Below, piece by piece: positions 24,995-39,385 of a DNA stretch of 64,000 nt. Each line of letters begins with the position of its first letter. Within the stretch, counting starts at the first letter, position 1. The notes under the pieces were generated by a model. It saw only the letters and a list, made by a program, of their open reading frames with translations. It ran no database searches and was not told the DNA's origin. The DNA is from Octopus sinensis (taxonomy: Eukaryota). The DNA lies in assembly GCF_006345805.1 (NCBI RefSeq), contig NC_043023.1, positions 16,182,001 to 16,246,000 on the forward strand, written 5' to 3'. The position numbers were made by a program, and so were the translations under genes.

Positions 24995-25400
24995 TCAAGC
25001 CATCAGTAAAAAAATGTGGAAAACCTGACAGTGATTCATGTGTCAGTGTAATTGAGGGATCAGAGCTCTCTTTCTAACAGAGACAACGTTTCAGTGGAAA
25101 GCAACTTTACATATACTTTGGAGAACCTGATATATGTATTAACCTGCTTTTAGTGTCGAGAGCAATACATAAGCCAAACAAAAAACAGTCTACGTCAAAG
25201 GATGGCTCTGCACAGATCCCAGATTAAAATTCCAAAAAACAGACAACTAGCATTCACCGAACACATCGACATTTGCGCCAAAAACAAATAACCCAAATTC
25301 AGAATTTTTCCCCTCGATCAATTCAGGGACGATACAACCTGTAGTCGATGAAATAGTAAAGAGTCATTCTCTTTCACAAAATACAAACCCCTTTTGAAAG
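24995..25400 (+). pseudogene. Penelope-like element GIY-YIG endonuclease remnant
   Basis: Manual translation gives KPSVKKCGKP..CVSVIEG...LIYVLTCF*CREQYISQTKNSLRQRMALHRSQIKIPKNRQLAFTEHIDICAKNK*PKFRIFP. Confidence 0.8.
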
Positions 25401-25941
25401 CATCCACAACAAATGGCATATTCACCGCGGCCTTAGAATAACACTCACACAAATATTAAAACCAATGCATTCAAAAGAGATACCTCAAGAATTTATTCAG
25501 AACAATTCCAATTACTACTATCATCCACAACAGGTCACTTTTAGGGCACTTGACCGTTTAACATCCTACTACTGTCATACCGCTCCCGCATTCTGTTATT
25601 ACTCTTCCTCTTCTCTGCGGCCTCCTTTCTCTACTACTACTACTGCTACTTTTATAATCAAAGACAGGAATTCATATCAAACTAGCTGCTGCTAACTACC
25701 ACAAGAGTAAAAAAGAAAGACCGACAGGCAGAAAAAAAGGAAAATGTCCCTTGCATTTGAAAACTGAAAATATTTTTTTTTTAAAACATTTCATTTAATT
25801 TTTTCATAATTTGTTTTTTTTTTTACTTTACTCTAAGTTGAAAAAGTTGCAAAGACTGAAACCGGTACTAAAATGTTCTTCATGATAAAATTATTTTAGC
25901 ATTTTCTACCTTGTCTTATTTTCCTTATAGATATCTATATA

Positions 25942-27586
25942 CAGGGTGTCCACAAAGTCTGGGTATATGGATTAAATAAAATAACATAAATAATTAAATA
26001 TAAGAAATAATAATTTTCCTGTTTTGCTTTTGTTGAAATTAAATAAAAAAATATTTTACTTTTCTAAATGCTGGTTGAGGAAAAAATTTCATCCATACAA
26101 GCTACAAATATTGCATCACTTAAATGAAGACGACCCTGATAGACGAATGCAGATGTGCGAATGGGTTTCAGATAAATTGGATGAAAATATCAATTCTGAT
26201 TTGAGTTCACCTGAATTTTGCAAGGCGCATCAAGTTATGTATTGAAGATGATGGAAATCATGTTGAAAATATTTATTAACCATCCGATCGTGGCCGTTGC
26301 CAGCCTCGCCTGGCCTCCGTGCCAGTGGCACGTAAAATGCACCATCCGATCGTGGCCATTGCCAGCCTCGTCTGGCACCTGTGCTGGTGGCACGTAAAAT
26401 GCACCATCCGATCGTGGCCGTTTGCCAGCCTCGTCTGGCACCTGTGCTGGTGGCACGTTAAAATGCACCATCGATCGTGGCCGTTTGCCAGCCTCGTCTG
26501 GCACCTGTGCTGGTGGCACGTAAAATGCACCAACGATCGTGGCCGTTTGCCAGCCTCGTCTGGCACCTGTGCTGGTGGCACGTAAAATGCACCATCCGAC
26601 GGTGGCCGTTTGCCAGCCTCGTCTGGACCTGTGCTGGTGGCACGTAAAATGCACCATCCGATCGTGGCCGTTGCCAGCCTCGTCTGGCACCTGTGCGCGT
26701 GGCACGTAAAATGCACCATCCGATCGTGGCCGTTTGCAGCCTCGTCTGGCACCTGTGCTGGTGGCACGTAAAAATGCACCATCCGATCGTGGCCGTTTGC
26801 CAGCCTCGTCTGGCACCTGTGCTGGTGGCACGTTAAAATGCACCATCCGACGTGGCCGTTTGCCAGCCTCGTCTGGCACCTGTGCTGGTGGCACGTAAAA
26901 TGCACCATCCGATCGTGGCCGTTTGCCAGCCTCGTCTGGCACCTGTGCTGGTGGCACGTAAAATGCACCATCCGATCGTGGCCGTTTGCCAGCCTCGTCT
27001 GGCACCTGTGCTGGTGGCACGTAAAATGCACCATCCGATCGTGGCCGTTTGCCAGCCTCGTCTGGCACCTGTGCCAGTGGCACGTAAAAAACCACATCCA
27101 ATCATGGCCGTTTGCCAGCCTCATCTGGCACATAAAAGCACCCACTACACTCATGAAGTGGTTGGCGTTAGGAAGGGCATCCAGCCGTAGAAACATTGCC
27201 AGATCAGACTGGGCCTGGTGCGGCCTTCTGGCTTCCCAGACCCCAGTTGAACCGTCCAACCCATGCTAGCATGGAAAGCGGACGCTAAACGAAGATGATG
27301 ATGATGAAAATTTCCTCTTATTTCTTATTTTTATTTTCTATTGAAAAGGTTGCAAGACGCAACGAAAATTTTAGAAAATAAAAATAAGAAAAAAGTGGAA
27401 ATTTTACTGGTGAGTGTGTTAAATAATAAGACACAAAAAGAGAATGGCTCTCCCCAGACACAACAAAATATGCTTCAACACAGGAACTCATATAAAGAAT
27501 CTTGCAATCCCAAAACGAAATATAAAATTGCTTTGTTTTAAATGTATGTGTTAATGCCCATGTACCCAGACATTTTGGACACCCTG
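25942..27586 (+). mobile_element. Internally deleted Tc1/mariner-superfamily element (maT/DD37D-like) carrying an RTE insertion
   Basis: TIR CAGGGTGTCCA.AAAGTCTGGGTA.ATGG at both ends with TA flanks. Transposase remnants FHPYKLQILHHLNEDDPDRRMQMCEW and ..IKLCIEDDGNHVENIY*. Confidence 0.8.
26278..27306 (+). repeat. RTE 3' end with an expanded minisatellite (13 full units of about 62-63 bp plus a partial unit)
   Basis: Unit GCACCATCCGATCGTGGCCGTTTGCCAGCCTCGTCTGGCACCTGTGCTGGTGGCACGTAAAAT, followed by the normal UTR and (GAT)n tail. Confidence 0.9.
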
Positions 27587-27621
27587 TATATCTTTCTTTT
27601 ATATACTAGTAAAATAGTATA

Positions 27622-28215
27622 TATCATCATCATCATCGTCGTTTAACGCCTGCTTTCTGTGCTAGCATGGGTTGGACGGTTCAACAGGGGATCTGGAAAG
27701 CCAGGAGGCTGCATCAGGCCCAGTCTGATCTGGCAGGGTTTCTAAAGCTGGATGCCCTTCCTAACACCAACCACTCCGTGAGTGTAGTGGGTGCTTTTTA
27801 CGTGCCACCGGCACAGGTGCCAGAGAAAGCTGGCAGCGGCCACGATCGGTTGGTGCTTTTTACGTGCCACCGGCACAGGTGCCAGAGAAAGCTGGCAGCG
27901 GCCACGATTGGTTGGTGCTTTTTACGTGCCAGAGAAGGCTGGTAGCGGCCACGATCGGTTGGTGCTTTTTACGTGCCAGAGAAAGCTGGCAGCGGCCACG
28001 ATCGGTTGGTGCTTTTTACGTGCGACCGGCACAGGTGCCAGTCAAGGCGGCACTGGCATCGGCCACGTTCGGATGGTGCTTTTTATGTGCCACCAGCACA
28101 GGTATCACAACTACAATTTCCATTTGATATTTATTTTGATGTTGATGTACTTGACTCAATAGGTCTCCTCAAGCACAGCAGGTCACCCTACGATCCAAGG
28201 TAAGCACAGCAGGTC
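27622..28215 (-). mobile_element. RTE 3' end fragment with variable internal repeats
   Basis: (CAT)n tail at about 27623, repeated GAGAAAGCTGGCAGCGGCCACGATCGGTTGGTGCTTTTTACGTGCC, and ORF-end-like CTCCTCAAGCACAGCAGGTC. Confidence 0.8.
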
Positions 28216-29043
28216 GTTCTGCAATTAAAGGTACTTTGGATGGGCTGGGGCTATGCGAAACTGGTGCAGGAAGCAGCCATGAACTCAACAGTTTGTCGGG
28301 CCTATGTCTGTCCTTGTTTAGCCCCTTGGGGGTAATAAAGAAATAGGTTAATATAATTGTAATGCGTGTGGTAAGTTAGCTTGCTTACCAACCACATGGT
28401 TCTGGGTTCAGTCCCACTTTGTGGCACCTGGCAAGTGTCTTCTATGATAGCCTGGGGCCACCTAAACCTTTTGAGTGGATTTGATAGATGGAAGCTGAAA
28501 GAAGTTGTGCGTCTGTATTTGTCCCCCATCATCGCTTAATAATGGTGTTGGTGTGTTTATGTCCCTATCACAAAGTGATTTAGACTATGAGACCAAGGAA
28601 TAACTAGGCTTTAAAAAATGCTCAGGTTTCAATTGATCAAACTAACAACCCTTCAAGACATGCTCTAGCATGGCCTCAAAACCCTTCAAGCCATTTGCTC
28701 TAGCATGGCCTCAGAAATGACTGAAACTGATAAAAATAAAGATTAAATATCAAAAAAGTGTCCTTCCAGCACCTGAGATTATTACTGGTATTTCTTAAAA
28801 TGTATAAATGATGACAGCAATTATCATCCCAATGAAGAGGATGGACTTGGTTCTGAGGCTGCTGGTTCCTTGTGCACCACCTGCAAAAGATATCAATGTG
28901 ATATCATCATATGCCACAGATACTGGTCATATCACACACAAAGATAAAAACAATAAAATTAAAACATATCATTTATATACATCTTCATACCAACTTGCTC
29001 AAGGACTGCCATTGTTTCCATGGTGAAAAATTCACCTATTCCA

Positions 29044-29206
29044 TAGGCGCAGGAGTGGCTGTGTGGTAAGTAGCTTGTTTACCAACCACATGGTTCCGGG
29101 TTCAGTCCAATGCGTGGCACCTTGGGCAAGTGTCTTTTACTATAGCCTCGAGCCAACCAAGGCCTTGTGAGTGGATTTGGTAGACGGAAACTGAAAGAAG
29201 CCCGTC

Positions 29207-29243
<37 letters not shown>

Positions 29244-29830
29244 TGCAGGAGTGGTCGTGTGGTAAGTAGCTTAACTACCAACCACATGGTTCCGGGTTCA
29301 GTCCCATGCGTGGCACCTGGGCAAGTGTCTTTTACTATAGCCTCGGACCGACCAAAGCCTTGTGAGTGGATTTGGTAGACGGAACTGAAAGAAGCCCGTC
29401 TATAATTATATATATATATATATATATGTATAGGTGCAGGAGTGGCTGTGTGGTAAGTAGCTTGCTTACCAACCACATGGTTCTGGGTTCAGTCCCACTG
29501 CGTGGCACCTTGGGCAAGTGTCTTTTACTATAGCCCCTGGCCGACCAAATCCTTGTGAGTGGATTTGGTAGACGGAAACTGAAAAGAAGCCCGTCGTATA
29601 AATGTATATATATATGCGTGTCTGTGTTTGTCCCCTAGCATTGCTTGACAACCGATGCTGGTGTGTTTATGTCCCTGTCACTTAGCGGTTCGGCAAAAAG
29701 AGACTGATAGAATAAGTACTGGGCTTACAAAAGAATAAGTCCTGGGGTCGAGTTGCTCGATTAAAGGCGGTGCTCCAGCATGGCCACAGTCAAATGATTG
29801 AAACAAGTAAAAGAGAGAGTAAAGAGAGAT
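29044..29830 (+). mobile_element. SINE A: three heads plus one tail
   Basis: Heads at about 29045, 29240 and 29430, separated by (TA)n. Confidence 0.85.
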
Positions 29831-29931
29831 TTTAAAGTGAGCTAAATTAAAACCTTCCATCAAAATATGTTAATTTATGTTAATTTATGTTCCAAAAACC
29901 AGTTGAATGATGACAAAATTATTTAATTAAA

Positions 29932-30240
29932 TCTATATATATAAAGCTGAAGTTGTCTGTGTGTGTGTGGTAGGTTTGGTAGCCTTCAACTAATATTATC
30001 TCCTCCGAGACCCTGCGGCGCAAATTGACCAAAATTGAGAGTATGATAGAAGAAGGCTTGCTCTTCCTTCCGTAGAAGAAAAAATTCAAATCGGACCATG
30101 TTAACACCAAAAATTATTTACATCAAAAAAGGTGCTTTTTCTATGAAAATCCTATTTGTAATATTTATAAAGCTGAAGTTGTCTGTGTGTGTGGCAGGTT
30201 TGGTAGCCTTTCAACTAACACTATCTCCTCACAGACCCTG
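29932..30240 (+). mobile_element. Helitron H2 5' portion with repeated head
   Basis: A|TCTATATATATAAAGCTGAAGTTGTCTG; the head recurs near 30165. Confidence 0.65.
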
Positions 30241-30532
30241 TTCTGAATACTTTTATCTTAATATAAATGTTGCTTATTGCAAGTTATGGATGATTCTTTT
30301 ATGGACTTCATTGCTTTCAGCTAGCTTAAGGTATTTTTCATGCCCGACATCACCAAAATGCGTCTGGATAAACATTGGCCAGACAGCAAATAGAGAACTC
30401 GGACATTGCTTAGAAAAATATTTTTCATTTTTACCTTGTATATAGTACGCACTAGGATTTTGACCATTAAATTTTGGGAAAAAAATGCGGATTATACTCG
30501 AAGATTTATGGTATATAAATATATATAATATA

Positions 30533-30833
30533 TCACGTGATCACGTGACCGACCGGACCATCAGACGTTGACACATCCTGGTCACAATGCATCGCATGTT
30601 TTAGCCTTTGAATGACGCCCACCCGCTGGCTAGCGAGCAGGCCAACAGAAGAAAGAGTGAGAGAATGTTGTGGCGAAAGGGTACAGCAGGGAGCCACCAA
30701 CCCTGCTGGGAGCCTCGTGGAACTCTTTAGGTGTTTTCGCTCAATAAACACACACAGCGCTCGGTCTGGAATCGAAACCACGATCCTCCGACCGTGAGTC
30801 CGTTTGCCCTAACCACGGGGCCATTGCGCCTCC
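30533..30833 (-). mobile_element. SINE family C (tRNA-like head GGAGGCGCAATGGCCC.GTGGTTAGGGC), tail variant ending TCACGTGATCACGTGA
   Basis: Head and central region shared with the copies at 34629 and 51368; the 3' tail differs. Confidence 0.8.
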
Positions 30834-31290
<457 letters not shown>

Positions 31291-31976
31291 TATTATAAAG
31301 GCAGATTTTAATCTGCCTCCCTTTGGGAGTTATACAAATCTACAATATAGGATTTCTTCAATTACAATTTACCTAGCAGTTTTAAGAATCCAATGGCATC
31401 GCGTCATGCCAGGTCCAGTTTTTAAAATTAAATCCAGTTAAGCAAAATTTACAGAAAACTCACATTCTGGGTGTGTGTCAAATGCTTTTCTTAGTCTGGT
31501 TTACACCACACGCAAACGCACACACACAGTGGGCAACGAATAAAATGAAAGTAATTCACTTACTGTAGTGAGTCATTCTTTCACTCTGCCTCCCACTTCC
31601 TCTTTCAACACATAGAAGCAAATATATAAATAAAATTGTAAGCTAACGTGCGTGTGTGTGAGGTGTGTGTGTGTGTGGGCGGGTGTTGTGTGTGTGAGGT
31701 GAACATAAGACCAAAGCAGAGAATGTATTCTTATTTCTTCTGCTTTTTCCAGCCATGGTCTGTGGCCATGCTGGGGCAATGCTTGAAGAATTGTAGTTTA
31801 ATGAATCAACTCCAGTTTAATTTTGTAAGCATTGTGCTTATTCTATCTGTTTCCTTTGTCAAACCACTAGGTGGACAGGGGTTGTAAAGAAACCAACATT
31901 CGTTGTCAAGCAGTGGTGGAGGACAATCACAAGCACAGACACGCCCACACACACATACATGCATACACATATACAC

Positions 31977-32011
<35 letters not shown>

Positions 32012-32028
32012 TATGTGTGATATATATA

Positions 32029-32286
32029 TTGCAGCGTGGAAGGTGTTTGTAAGCCATTAAGAAAACACACAAAAACCGTACATTCACTTCAACATTTAAA
32101 TTTAATTTGCCAAAATATTTTCGTCGCTTTCAGACCGCGACCTGTTCACTGACAAAAATATTGTGCTAACAGGTCGCAGTCTCAAAGCGACGAAAATATT
32201 TTGACAAATTAAATTTAAATGTTGAAGTGAATCTAACGCTTTTTGTGTGTTTCTTAAATGGCTTATAAACACCTTCAACGCTGCAA
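32029..32286. repeat. Fold-back element with about 120-bp arms; a hammerhead-like motif lies at the inner end of the left arm
   Basis: TTGCAGCGTGGAAGGTGTTT...GCGACCTGTT and its imperfect reverse complement AACAGGTCGC...AAACACCTTCAACGCTGCAA. Confidence 0.85.
32106..32156 (-). ncRNA. 51-nt hammerhead-like motif with swapped G3:C8 core pair
   Basis: tttgtca-GTGAACA-g-gtcgc-ggtctgaaa-gcgac-GAA-AATATT-T-tggcaaa. Confidence 0.55.
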
Positions 32287-32446
32287 CTGTTTTCGTTCCA
32301 GCACACGATCTCAGATCAAGTCACTGCTATGCAAGTACATCTCTGTAACTATATATATATTTTATATATATATATGTATATTGGTGGAAAAACAGTAAGA
32401 TAAAACAAAGAAAGAAAGAGACTCAATATTAAGTAAATAGAGGAAA

Positions 32447-32834
32447 TCTTTATATATAAAAGTGAGGTTGTGTGTGTGTCTCCTACGATTTAGATTCCTA
32501 ACTACTCCCACATTTTGCGGTGCAGTTTAACTAAAAGCGGTATATTATAGTCGTGATTCATATCGAGACCGTCGGGTATTAGCGCGCCGTCTACGATGAG
32601 TCTACGATTTAAAAAAAATTTACCATCAATTTTTCCCATTTTTAATCCATTTTTCACATATATAAGGGAAGTAACTCTCTAAAATTTATTATTAATCTCA
32701 GAACGTAAAAAGCTACAGTAACACCCCTCCCCCTTTGTGGTTAGCCATATTGAGTGGCTATATACTTTACATCTCTAAAAATGCTTATATAATTATTTCC
32801 TTACAAACCCGAGCAACGCCGGGCGATACTGCTA

Positions 32835-32835
<1 letters not shown>
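32447..32835 (+). mobile_element. Non-autonomous Helitron family H1
   Basis: A|TCTTTATATATAAAAG ... CCCGAGCAACGCCGGGCGATACTG-CTAG|T. Confidence 0.85.
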
Positions 32836-34572
<1,737 letters not shown>

Positions 34573-34626
34573 AATGTTTTAAATATACCGTAAATGGTCT
34601 TTTTACATACTGAACACTACTTGGTA

Positions 34627-36264
34627 CTGGAGGTGCAATGGCCCAGTGGTTAGGGCAGCGGACTCACGGTTTCGATACCCAGACCAGGCGTTGTGAGTGT
34701 TTATTGAGCGAAAACACCTAAAGCTCCACGAGGCTCCGGCAGGGATGGTGGTGATCCCTGCTGTACTCTTTCACCACAACTTCCTCTCACTCTTCCTGTT
34801 TCTGTTGTACCTGTATTTCAAAGGGGTCAGCCTTGTCACTCTCTGTGTCACGCTGAATATCCCCGAGAACTACGTTAAGGGTACACGTGTCCGTGGAGTG
34901 CTCAGCCACTTACACGTTAATTTCACGAGCAGGCTTTTCCATTGATTCGGATCAACTGGAACCCTCGTCGTCGTAACCGACGGAGTGCTTCCATCCATTT
35001 CAAGGGGTCAGCCTTGTCACTCTCTGTGTCACGCTGAATATCCCCGAGAACTACGTTAAGGGTACACGTGTCTGTGGAGTGCTCAGCCACTTACACGTTA
35101 ATTTCACGAGCAAGCTGTTCCGTTGATCAGATCAACCGGAACCCTCGTCGTCGTAACCGATGGAGTGCTTCCATCCATTTCAAGGGGCCGGCCTTGTCAC
35201 TCTCTGTGTCACGCTGAATATCCCCGAGAACTACGTTAAGGGTACAGGTGTCCGTGGAGTGCTCAGCCACTTACACGTTAATTTCACGAGCAAGCTGTTC
35301 CGTTGATCAGATCAACCGGAACCCTCGTCGTCGTAACCGATGGAGTGCTTCCATCCATTTCAAGGGGCCGGCCTTGTCACTCTCTGTGTCACGCTGAATA
35401 TCCCCAAGGACTACGTTAAGGGTACAGGTGTCCGTGGAGTGCTCAGCCACTTACACGTTAATTTCACGAGCAGGCTGTTCCGTTGATCAGATCAACCGGA
35501 ACCCTCGTCGTCGTAACCGATGGAGTGCTTCCATCCATTTCAAAGGGGTCGGCCTTGTCACTCTCTGTGTCACGCTGAATATCCCCGAGAACTACGTTAA
35601 GGGTACAGGTGTCCGCGGAGTGCTCAGCCACTTACACGTTAATTTCACGAGCAGGCTGTTCCGTTGATTCGGATCAACCGGAACCCTCGTCGTCGTAACC
35701 GACGGAGTGCTTCCATCCATTTCAAGGGGTCAGCCTTGTCACTCTCTGTGTCACGCTGAATATCCCCGAGAACTACGTTAAGGGTACACGTGTCTGTGGA
35801 GTGCTCAGCCACTTACACGTTAATTTCACGAGCAGGCTGTTCCGTTGATCAGATCAACCGGAACCCTCGTCGTCGTAACCGATGGAGTGCTTCCATCCAT
35901 TTCAAGGGGCCGGCCTTGTCACTCTCTGTGTCACGCTGAATATCCCCGAGAACTACGTTAAGGGTACACGTGTCCGCGGAGTGCTCAGCCACTTACACGT
36001 TAATTTCACGAGCAAGCTGTTCCGTTGATTCGGATCAACCGGAACCCTCGTCGTCGTAACCGATGGAGTGCTTCCATCCATTTCAAGGGGCCGGCCTTGT
36101 CACTCTCTGTGTCACGCTGAATATCCCCGAGAACTACGTTAAGGGTACACGTGTCCGTGGAGTGCTCAGCCACTTTACACGTTAATTTCACGAGCAGGCT
36201 GTTCCGTTGATTCGGATCAACTGGAACCCTCGTCGTCGTAACCGACGGAGTGCTTCCTACTCCT
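34627..36264 (+). mobile_element. SINE family C insertion whose 3' 180-bp segment is amplified eight times; 11-bp TSD
   Basis: Head at 34629. Units start at 34816, 34998, 35178, 35358, 35538, 35720, 35900 and 36081. ACTACTTGGTA occurs at 34616-34626 and 36265-36275. Confidence 0.9.
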
Positions 36265-36469
36265 ACTACTTGGTAAAATTAATTAATAATTAATTAATTT
36301 TACCCTTTTATTATTGACTATATATTTATATATATAGTCCTCAACCCCCCCCCCCACTATTAGGGATCTTACTTTCACTTTCTTTTATTCTTTGTATGAC
36401 TTTTTACATGCTAAAACCCACGCTGGACCCTCCCGAATGTTTTCCTTTGTGTTAGCCCTCTGTGGTTAC

Positions 36470-37537
36470 TCTCTTTTACTCTTTTACTTGTTTCAGTCAT
36501 TTGACTGCGGCCATGCTGGAGCACCACCTTTTAGTACTTATTCTATCGGTCTCTTTTCGCCGAACCGCTAAGTGACGGGGACGTAAACACACCAGCATCG
36601 ATTGTCAAGCAATGCTAGGGGGCGACAAACACAGACACACAAACACACACACATATACATATATATACATATATACGACAGGCTTCTTTCAGTTTCCGTC
36701 TACCAAATCCACTCACAAGGCATTGGTCAGTCCGGGGCTATAGCAGAAGACACTTGCCCAAGATGCCACGCAGTGGGACTGAACCCGCAACCGCAACTCC
36801 TGCGCCTATGCGATTTATAATAAAGAAATTATTATAAATCATTTCCTTACTCTTTATATTCAAATTAATTCTTCCAATATTATTATTGTCATCTCGAAAT
36901 CTCCAACTCAAACATTCCTTAGTTAACTTTCTGATCCAAATTCTGGAGGTATGTTTACTCTGTGTCACTTTATAGTCAGGGCCATCAGCGCATGTCCTGT
37001 CACATTCATATCTATTCTCCTTGCAAAACCAAGCCACCGGTCGTCTCATGTGTGGTATAAATATCCCAAGGCTGATGTTTCCATTGAGCACAGCAGGTCC
37101 TGAAATAAAGAAATCAGTTAAGAAGTTTGCTTCCAAATCATACAATCCCGGGTTCAGTCCCACTACACAGCACCTTGGGAAGAAAGTGTCTTCTACTACA
37201 GCCTCAGCCTTGTGAGTGGATTTTCTATATGGAAATTGAAAGAAGCCCATTGTGTGTGTGTGTATGTGTGAGTGTGTATATATATATATATATATATATA
37301 CATACACACTTGTGTGTTTCAAAGCCTCGTGAGTGGATTTGATAGATGGAAACTGAAAGAAGCCCATTGTTTATATATATATATATAGGTGCCGGAGTGG
37401 CTGTGTGGTAAGTAGTTTGTTTACCAACCACATGGTTCCGGGTTCAGTCCCACTGCGTGGCACCTTGGGCAAGTGTCTTCTACTACAGCCTCAGCCTTGT
37501 GAGTGGATTTTCTATATGGAAATTGAAAGAAGCCCAT

Positions 37538-37568
<31 letters not shown>

Positions 37569-37960
37569 GTGTATATATATATATATACATACACACTTGT
37601 GTGTTTCAAAGCCTCGTGAGTGGATTTGATAGATGGTAACTGAAAGAAGCCCATTGTTTATATATATATATAGGTGCCGGAGTGGCTGTGTGGTAAGTAG
37701 TTTGTTTACCAACCACATGGTTCCGGGTTCAGTCCCACTGCGTGGCACCTTGGGCAAGTGTCTTCTACTACAGCCTCAGACCAGCCAAAGCATTGTTTGT
37801 GTGGAGTTGGTAGACGGAAACTGAAAGAAGCCTGTTGTTTATTTATATATGTGTTTGTTTCCCTCTACCACTTGCCAACAAGTGTTGGTGTGTCTACATC
37901 CCAGTAACTTAGTGGTTCAGCAAAAGAGACCAATAGAATAAGTCCCGGGGTCAATTCATT
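36470..37960. mobile_element. SINE A copies: minus copy 36470-36810 and plus cluster 37130-37960 with a block duplication of about 290 bp
   Basis: Family motifs; blocks 37140-37430 and 37430-37720 are near-identical. Confidence 0.75.
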
Positions 37961-38297
37961 CAACCAGAAACTCTTCAAGGCAGAACATCAGCATCATTAT
38001 GATGCCCACTCTTCCATGCTTTGTGGATAAGAGTTTTTCATTCTCAACAGTAGGATGCTCTTCCTGTCACAAACCTTCATCTGTTTCCAAACAAGGCTAT
38101 AACATCCCATATATACACACAGTGGGCTCCTTTTAGCTCCTGTCTACCTAATCCACTCACAAGGCTTTTGCTGGCCTGGGGCTATAGTGGAGGACACTTA
38201 AACAAGGTGCCATACAGGGGGACTGGACCTTAAATTATGCGCTTGGAAAGAAAAGTTCCTAATCACAGCCAGGCCTTCACCTCACATCCAAATTTAA

Positions 38298-38741
38298 CCC
38301 TTTAGCATTTAAACTAGTGAATATCATCATCATCGTTTAATGTCTGCTTTCCATGCTAGCATGGATGCCCTTCCTAATGCCAACCACTCCGAGAGTGCAG
38401 TGGGTGCTTTTTATGTGCCACAGGCTCAGGTGCCCCTCAGGCGGTACTGGCAAAGACCTCACTCGAATCTCTTTACACATGCCACCGGCACAGGTGCCAG
38501 TAGGGTGACGTTGGTAAAGATCACGCTCGGATGGTGCCTAGTGATATCAGATCCAAATACTCCACTTGTCTGATGTTCAAACTAGCCATATCTGACCTCT
38601 CCCATCTAACCTACAATGTCATTCTGGAAATAAAGCATCACATCATTGAAATCTCAAAGCTATGAGATAATCCATGATTAATCCAAAACAATGGGAATAA
38701 AAAAGGATTACATTTGACCGAATAATCTGAATGCTAAAGGG
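38298..38741. mobile_element. piggyBac-like MITE (TTAA|CCCTTTAGCATT...AATGCTAAAGGG|TTAA) with a nested RTE 3' fragment
   Basis: TTAA flanks at 38294-38297 and 38742-38745. The RTE piece at about 38322-38537 is bounded by the near-duplicate CTAGTGA(A)TATCA. Confidence 0.75.
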
Positions 38742-39009
38742 TTAATAGTTTTGCCCCTGGAAATTAAAAGGGAAAATGTGCAATAGAGACCATCAAAAGA
38801 AATTAGACATCTAATTACACTCAGCCTAATGAGTTTTAATTTAATGAGATTTATGTTTACTGGGACGTGACTTCATCAGACATGGGTGTACCCCTGATTA
38901 AACCATGTCCCTATCCACTCACTCCCACCCACCCTTATATAATGCAGGGTCACTGCAGTAAGACATGGGTTCCTGTCCTTCTATCATACCCTTTTCTTTG
39001 CTACCCATA

Positions 39010-39385
39010 AGGGGTTAAACAAGGACAGACAAACGGATTAAGTGGATTATATTGACCCCAGTGCATAACTGGTACTTAATTTATCGACCCCGAAAGGATG
39101 AAAGACAAAGTCAACCTCGGCGGAATTCGAACTCAGAACGTAAAGACAGACGAAATACCTATTTCTTTACTACCCTCAAGGGGCTAAACATAGAGGAGAC
39201 AAACAAGGGCAGACATAGGTATTAAGTCGATTACATCGACTCCAGTGCATAACTGGTACTTATTTAATCAACCCCAAAAGGATGAAAGGTAAAGTCGACC
39301 TTGGCGGGATTTGAACTCACAACGTAACGGCAGACGAAATACCGCTAAGCCTTTTCGCCCGGGGTGCTAACGATTCTTCCAGCTC
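39010..39385 (-). mobile_element. SINE family B, head plus two body units
   Basis: Reverse complement of the family motif. Confidence 0.75.

Noticed and set aside
26235-27269. Long ORFs of 288 and 327 aa with 21-aa repeats
   Set aside because: They are by-products of a 62-63-bp minisatellite in a LINE 3' UTR. Several frames are open on both strands and indels switch frames freely.
34816-36257. Regular arrays (also 42422-43559 and 52916-54201) as CRISPR-like
   Set aside because: There are no unique spacers, whole units repeat, there are no cas genes, and the context is eukaryotic.
38840-38890. CTGATGA on the minus strand as another hammerhead; also 63232-63255 and 6635-6695
   Set aside because: There is no properly placed GAAA with stems II and III, or stem I cannot form.
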